The notes under the pieces are model-generated. The model made no database searches. It was not told the DNA's origin and worked only from the letters and a program-made list of their open reading frames with translations. This document shows positions 59,823 to 64,000 of a stretch of DNA of 64,000 bases, piece after piece. Location of the stretch: the NCBI GenBank assembly GCA_041690055.1, contig JBDNFB010000068.1, positions 8,114 through 72,113 on the forward strand, read 5' to 3'. A program made the translations under genes and the position numbers. This DNA is from Myxococcota bacterium (GTDB taxonomy: Bacteria > Myxococcota_A > UBA9160 > UBA4427). Every line of letters begins with the position of its first letter. Positions within the stretch are counted from its first letter, which is position 1.

Positions 59823-61673
59823 CTAGGAATTGGACAGTTCGCGGATCGCGTCGAGGACTTCGCCGATTTTGAAGGGCTGACCCTCCACCTTGGCGAGGGA
59901 CTTCACGTCGACGAGGTATTTAGCGCGGAGCAGCATCGCGAGGTGGCCGTCCGAAAGCTCCGGCAAGAGCACCTTCTTGAAGCGGCCCAGGACATCGCCG
60001 AGGTCGTTCGGGAAGGGATTCAGATGCCGGATGTGAATCTGTGAGACGGTGAGACCCTCTTCGCGTGCGGCTTCGACGGCGGCCGTGATCGAGCCCTTCG
60101 TGCCGCCCCAGCCGACGACAAGAAGGTCGCCTGTATTGGGTCCGTTGATCTCAATCGGTGGAAAGTCGTTGGCGATGCCCTCGACTTTCCTGCGCCGAAG
60201 CTCATTCATCTTCCCGTGATTATCCGCCTCGTAACTCACGTTACCGGAGCCGTCCTGCTTGGTGAGTCCACCTATGCGATGTTCGAGTCCGGGCGTGCCC
60301 GGGATGGCCCAGGGGCGGGCCAGCGTTTCTGGATCACGCGCGTAGGGCTGGAATTCACCAACCTCGACGGGACTGGCGAAGCTGATCGGGTTTCGTTCGA
60401 GTGCGTCGACGTCCGGAATCATCCAGGGCTCGGAGCTATTCGCGATATAGCCGTCGGAGAGAATGATGACGGGCGTCATGTACTTCACGGCAATACGAAA
60501 CGCTTCGAGGGCGACGTGGAAGCAATCGCCAGGCGTCTCCGGCGCAAGGATTGGCAGTGGGCTGAGCGAATGACGCCCGAAGAGCGCGGCCAGAAGGTCG
60601 CCCTGTTCGGTCTTCGTCGGAGATCCAGTCGACGGGCCCGCGCGCTGGACGTTGATCGCAACCAAGGGCAATTCGACCATCACGGCGAGCCCGAGAGCCT
60701 CCTGTTTTAGAACGAAGCCGGGACCGCTCGAAATCGTGACCGCGAGCTGGCCCGCGAAGGCCGCCCCGATGGTCGAAGAGACGGCTGCCATTTCGTCTTC
60801 GGCTTGGAAGGTCTTCACGCCAAAATGGCGGAAGCGGGCGACTTCATGGAGCACGTCGCTGGCCGGCGTGATCGGGTAAGCGCCGAGAAACATCTCGCGG
60901 TCCATCTGTACGCTGGCGCCGATGATGCCCCAGGCGAGCGCTTGGTTGCCTGTGATGTTGCGGTAGGTCCCCGGTTCGAGCTTCGCCGCGGGGATAACGA
61001 ACGAGGCAGGAAAGAGTTCCGTGGTTTCGCCGAATGCGTATCCTGCCTTGAGGGTACGAATATTGCCCTCAAGCACAGCGCCCTTGAACTTCCCGCCGAG
61101 CCATCGCTGGGTGGCTTCCATCGGTCGACCGTAGAGCCAACAGAGAACGCCTAACGCGAAAAAATTCTTGCAGCGATCCGTTTCCCGCTGCGTCAGGTCG
61201 AGCCCCGTGAGCGCCTCACGGTTCAGCGTGGTGAACGGGATTTCTACGAGCTGGTACGCCTCACGCAGAGCGGGAAGCGGATCATCTTGGTAGCCCGCTC
61301 GGGTCATCGCCTTCTCGTTAAACGAGTCGATGTTAATGATGATCATGCCGTTCGGGCGAACATCGTCCGCGTTCCCGCGAAGGGCGGCGGGATTGAACGC
61401 GATCAGCACATCGGGACGATCCGCGGGCGTGTGAATATCATCGCTCGAGAAGTGGATCTGGAACCCCGAGACGCCGGCCATCGTGCCGGCAGGGGCGCGG
61501 ATCTCGGCGGGAAAGTCGGGGAACGTGGAGAGATCGTTGCCCGCAAGCGCCGTCTCGTCGGTGAATTTAGTGCCCGTGAGCTGCATGCCGTCGCCAGAGT
61601 CTCCGGCGAATCGGATCGCGACGCTGGTGAGCTGTTCAGTGGGCTTGGAGTCGCTAGAAGCTGTTGCTGTCAC
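59823..61673 (-). CDS. korA: 2-oxoglutarate:ferredoxin oxidoreductase alpha subunit
   Basis: 616 aa 2-oxoacid:acceptor oxidoreductase alpha pattern (IRFAGDSGDGMQLTG, GAYPITPASD); gene pair with korB. Confidence 0.9.
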   Translation of the reverse strand: MTATASSDSKPTEQLTSVAIRFAGDSGDGMQLTGTKFTDETALAGNDLSTFPDFPAEIRAPAGTMAGVSGFQIHFSSDDIHTPADRPDVLIAFNPAALRGNADDVRPNGMIIINIDSFNEKAMTRAGYQDDPLPALREAYQLVEIPFTTLNREALTGLDLTQRETDRCKNFFALGVLCWLYGRPMEATQRWLGGKFKGAVLEGNIRTLKAGYAFGETTELFPASFVIPAAKLEPGTYRNITGNQALAWGIIGASVQMDREMFLGAYPITPASDVLHEVARFRHFGVKTFQAEDEMAAVSSTIGAAFAGQLAVTISSGPGFVLKQEALGLAVMVELPLVAINVQRAGPSTGSPTKTEQGDLLAALFGRHSLSPLPILAPETPGDCFHVALEAFRIAVKYMTPVIILSDGYIANSSEPWMIPDVDALERNPISFASPVEVGEFQPYARDPETLARPWAIPGTPGLEHRIGGLTKQDGSGNVSYEADNHGKMNELRRRKVEGIANDFPPIEINGPNTGDLLVVGWGGTKGSITAAVEAAREEGLTVSQIHIRHLNPFPNDLGDVLGRFKKVLLPELSDGHLAMLLRAKYLVDVKSLAKVEGQPFKIGEVLDAIRELSNS

Positions 61674-62104
61674 TGCGGAATTTCTCGTGTGCCTGGGTGG
61701 CGGGTTGGAAGGTTAAAAAAATGGCGGGGTGTTCGCCGAAGAAGCCGAAACAAGAGACGTTATGCATCTGCGGGAGGTGGGGATTTTCGGCCTGCAGAGA
61801 ACGTTCGAGTGCTGATTGAGTCAGTGCCCGTATGGCTCTTTTTCGGTGGGAGTTGGGTCGTCGTGGGTCGGGATTCGGTTCCTGAGTTGGGGGGGGCCAT
61901 CCGCCCCTCAGATCACATGCTGTCGGCCCGCTCGGTCTCAAGCCTTTGGGGATTGTATCCCGCTGGCGTGCGCGCGAAAGGCTTTCTAGGATGCTGATTT
62001 GCGGAGTCGGTGGTCGCGAAAAAGGCTGTCCTGTCAGCCACTTTCGGGACTGACTGCCGTCCTGAGGCACTCAAGGTCTTCTGCGGATTGCCGATGAACA
62101 GGGC

Positions 62105-63223
62105 ATGTTTCGACGCCTTTCTGAACCATTGCCCCTGTCTGAGGCCAGCTTGCTGGCCCTAAGACCCGCGATGAACGCACCTGTCTTGAACGTCAATTTC
62201 TTGCCAGTGGGCCCTGCGCGCTCGGCGATTGTGGCCTTTGCGGAGGAATATGGCGGAATTGGGATGGCTTTGGGGATCCGCACGAACGAGGGCGGACACG
62301 TCGCTGTGATCCGGAATCAAGAGAGCGTCGACTTTGATACGCCAATCTCTCAGGCGCTGGAGCCCCTGCTCGCTGAAGCCGAACGGATGGGATTCCTTTT
62401 CGACGAAGACATGGTGGCGATCATGGCCGGGGATCAGGGCAGGGCGCACGCGATGGGGCTCTGGGCCCGGTTGATGGGCGAAGTGGAGATGCCTCCCGCG
62501 CCGCGCGCCGTGCCAGCGCAGCCCGCCGCGAATGAACCGATCTTGGAATTGTCGGACGCCAAGGTGCTCGTCGATAATCCAGCGAACCTCGAGTTTCCCG
62601 AGCTGGACCTTGATGATCTGGCCGATTTCGATGAGACCGAGATCGGCGCGGATGACGATATTCTCGAGCTGGATCTCCCGATGGAAGCTGCGCTTCCGCC
62701 CGCGCTCGCAGCGCCGGAAGCGCCAGAGGTCCCGGCCGCTCCAGCGGCGCCGCAGCAAGAAGCGAAGCCCGTTCCCGTGGCAGCGCGCACCGAAGATCGG
62801 TCCGCTCCAGAAAACGTGCCCCCCGCACGTGCCCCAGCCGCGCCGCCGCCCGTCCGCCGTGCGACGGACGCCAAGCCCACACCGCCTGTGGCGCCACGGA
62901 CCGAACGCCGGGCCGTCGCCCAAAAGAGCGCTCTGCCCGTCCGTGAGACTGTCCAGCCGGCGGCGGCTTCGGCTCTGCTGCCTTCAGCGAAGGTCAAGCC
63001 CGCCGCCGAAGTGTCCACCCAGGCCCCTGAGCAGACCCTTTCCAAGTTCCGCAATGCGGACCAGGTGGCTGCGCAAGCGGCGGCGCTGCCCCAGTCGATG
63101 CCGGCCAAATCCGAAGGCGAAGGCGGAAATGAACTCGGTCGGATTCCTCTCGTTCGCGTTCGACGCGAACGGGACGGTTCGAAACGCGTGCCTTATCTGG
63201 CGCGATTGCTTTCTAGTTTCTGA
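62105..63223 (+). CDS. Hypothetical protein: ~125-aa N-domain, acidic stretch, Pro/Ala-rich region, basic C-terminus
   Basis: Longest ORF in this interval in the only plausible frame. The N-terminal part has normal composition, followed by DLDDLADFDETEIGADDDILELDL, then a PAxP-rich region, ending GRIPLVRVRRERDGSKRVPYLARLLSSF. No family recognised. Confidence 0.5.
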   Translation: MFRRLSEPLPLSEASLLALRPAMNAPVLNVNFLPVGPARSAIVAFAEEYGGIGMALGIRTNEGGHVAVIRNQESVDFDTPISQALEPLLAEAERMGFLFDEDMVAIMAGDQGRAHAMGLWARLMGEVEMPPAPRAVPAQPAANEPILELSDAKVLVDNPANLEFPELDLDDLADFDETEIGADDDILELDLPMEAALPPALAAPEAPEVPAAPAAPQQEAKPVPVAARTEDRSAPENVPPARAPAAPPPVRRATDAKPTPPVAPRTERRAVAQKSALPVRETVQPAAASALLPSAKVKPAAEVSTQAPEQTLSKFRNADQVAAQAAALPQSMPAKSEGEGGNELGRIPLVRVRRERDGSKRVPYLARLLSSF

Positions 63224-63239
63224 GAGAAGGAAGACAACC

Positions 63240-64000
63240 ATGCAGCTCGTTCAAAAGAATACGCTCCGTCCCGATTCCGGAAAGCATCTGCGACGCCGAG
63301 AGGGCGGACTGCGTCTGACCGTGGCCGCGCTTGCGCTGGCTAGCCTCACGCTCTCGGGGTGTGCGTCGACGACCTATATCACTGACGAGGCGCCCACCGT
63401 GAGTGAGAGCCGAGCGAAGCGTGATCTCGGGATGGACTATTTGTCCTCGTACCGAACGGCGATGGCGATTCGGCAGCTTGAGGCTTCACTTGCCCTCGAT
63501 GTGACTGATCCGCAAACCCATCTCTGGCTCGGTGAGGCCTATCGCCGGAAGGGCCAGACGGAAAAAGCTGAAAACTATCTAAACGATTCGATCGCGCTCT
63601 CGGTCGCGCAGAAGGATACGGCCAGCGAACAGCAGGCTCGACTGAATCTGTCCGCGATGCTCTCTCAGATGGGTCGCTACGCCGAATCCCTGCCGCATTG
63701 TGAGAAGCTGTCCGCTGACGCGACCTTCTCTTCACCGTGGCTGCCTCTGACGAATTGGGGCTGGGCTCTGATGCAGTTGGGGCGCGACGATGAAGCACGC
63801 GTGAAGTTTCGCGAGGCACTGGATTTTTTCCCGCGCTACTCGCCCGCGCTCCTGAATCAGGGGATTCTCGAAGCGAAGCAGGGACATCGAATGGCGGCAG
63901 TCAAAGCCTTCGAGGCGGCGCTTGAGGCAGGGCGGTTACAACGCGCGGGCCGTGCCGAGGCGAATTTCCGCCTGGGCGAAATCTACGTTGCCCTGGGCCA
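63240..64000 (+). CDS. TPR-repeat lipoprotein (PilW/PilF/Tgl-like?), 3' end outside window
   Basis: My own translation from the ATG at 63240: MQLVQKNTLRPDSGKHLRRREGGLRLTVAALALASLTLSGCAST (lipobox LSGC), then TPR-like repeats (AIRQLEASLALDVTDPQTHLWLGEAYRRKGQ.., ARVKFREALDFFPRYSPALLNQG). The frame is open to the window end. Confidence 0.65.
   Translation, partial: MQLVQKNTLRPDSGKHLRRREGGLRLTVAALALASLTLSGCASTTYITDEAPTVSESRAKRDLGMDYLSSYRTAMAIRQLEASLALDVTDPQTHLWLGEAYRRKGQTEKAENYLNDSIALSVAQKDTASEQQARLNLSAMLSQMGRYAESLPHCEKLSADATFSSPWLPLTNWGWALMQLGRDDEARVKFREALDFFPRYSPALLNQGILEAKQGHRMAAVKAFEAALEAGRLQRAGRAEANFRLGEIYVALG

Overview
GC-rich bacterial chromosomal segment, densely coding on both strands. 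I recognised no rRNA, tRNA, CRISPR, transposase or phage genes. Left edge: the conserved ribosome-biogenesis operon rpsP-KH-rimM-trmD-rplS. Its spacers carry unusual short tandem repeats, and its L19 has a ~115-aa Lys/Ala/Glu-rich tail. Next come yraN/rsmI, a heparinase II/III-like gene and ligA. 8.5-29.8 kb: an exosortase/PEP-CTERM-type exopolysaccharide locus. It holds a short soluble histidine kinase, two paralogous sigma-54 PrsR-like activators, GT4, EpsI, exosortase, WecB, a Wza-like exporter, an OM barrel, a chain-length determinant, an ExeA-like ATPase, a BY-kinase, a WecA-like priming transferase, Gmd, Ugd, a CRP-type regulator with a TGTGA-N6-TCAC box upstream, and a PrsT-like TPR lipoprotein. 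No PEP-CTERM substrate, flippase or polymerase is visible in the window. 30-41 kb: a LysM (TsaP-like) protein, dprA-trmFO-xerC-hslVU (Bacillus-like synteny), a REC-GAF-GAF regulator, argB and argF. 41.4-49.1 kb is the most unusual block: a same-strand, partly translationally coupled string of J-domain/TPR protein, lidless Hsp70, small TPR protein, PAS pseudo-histidine-kinase, Asp-box lipoprotein and GGDEF cyclase. Two of its members share a ~50-aa module, and I cannot assign the block to a described system. Right part: aspS, mdh-sucCD, two GT2 genes, YhhN, MFS, korAB, a Pro/Ala-rich hypothetical and a 3'-truncated TPR lipoprotein. Taxonomic guess (weak): a Myxococcota/deltaproteobacteria-like lineage. 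All calls come from reading the translations and the DNA; no database search was possible.
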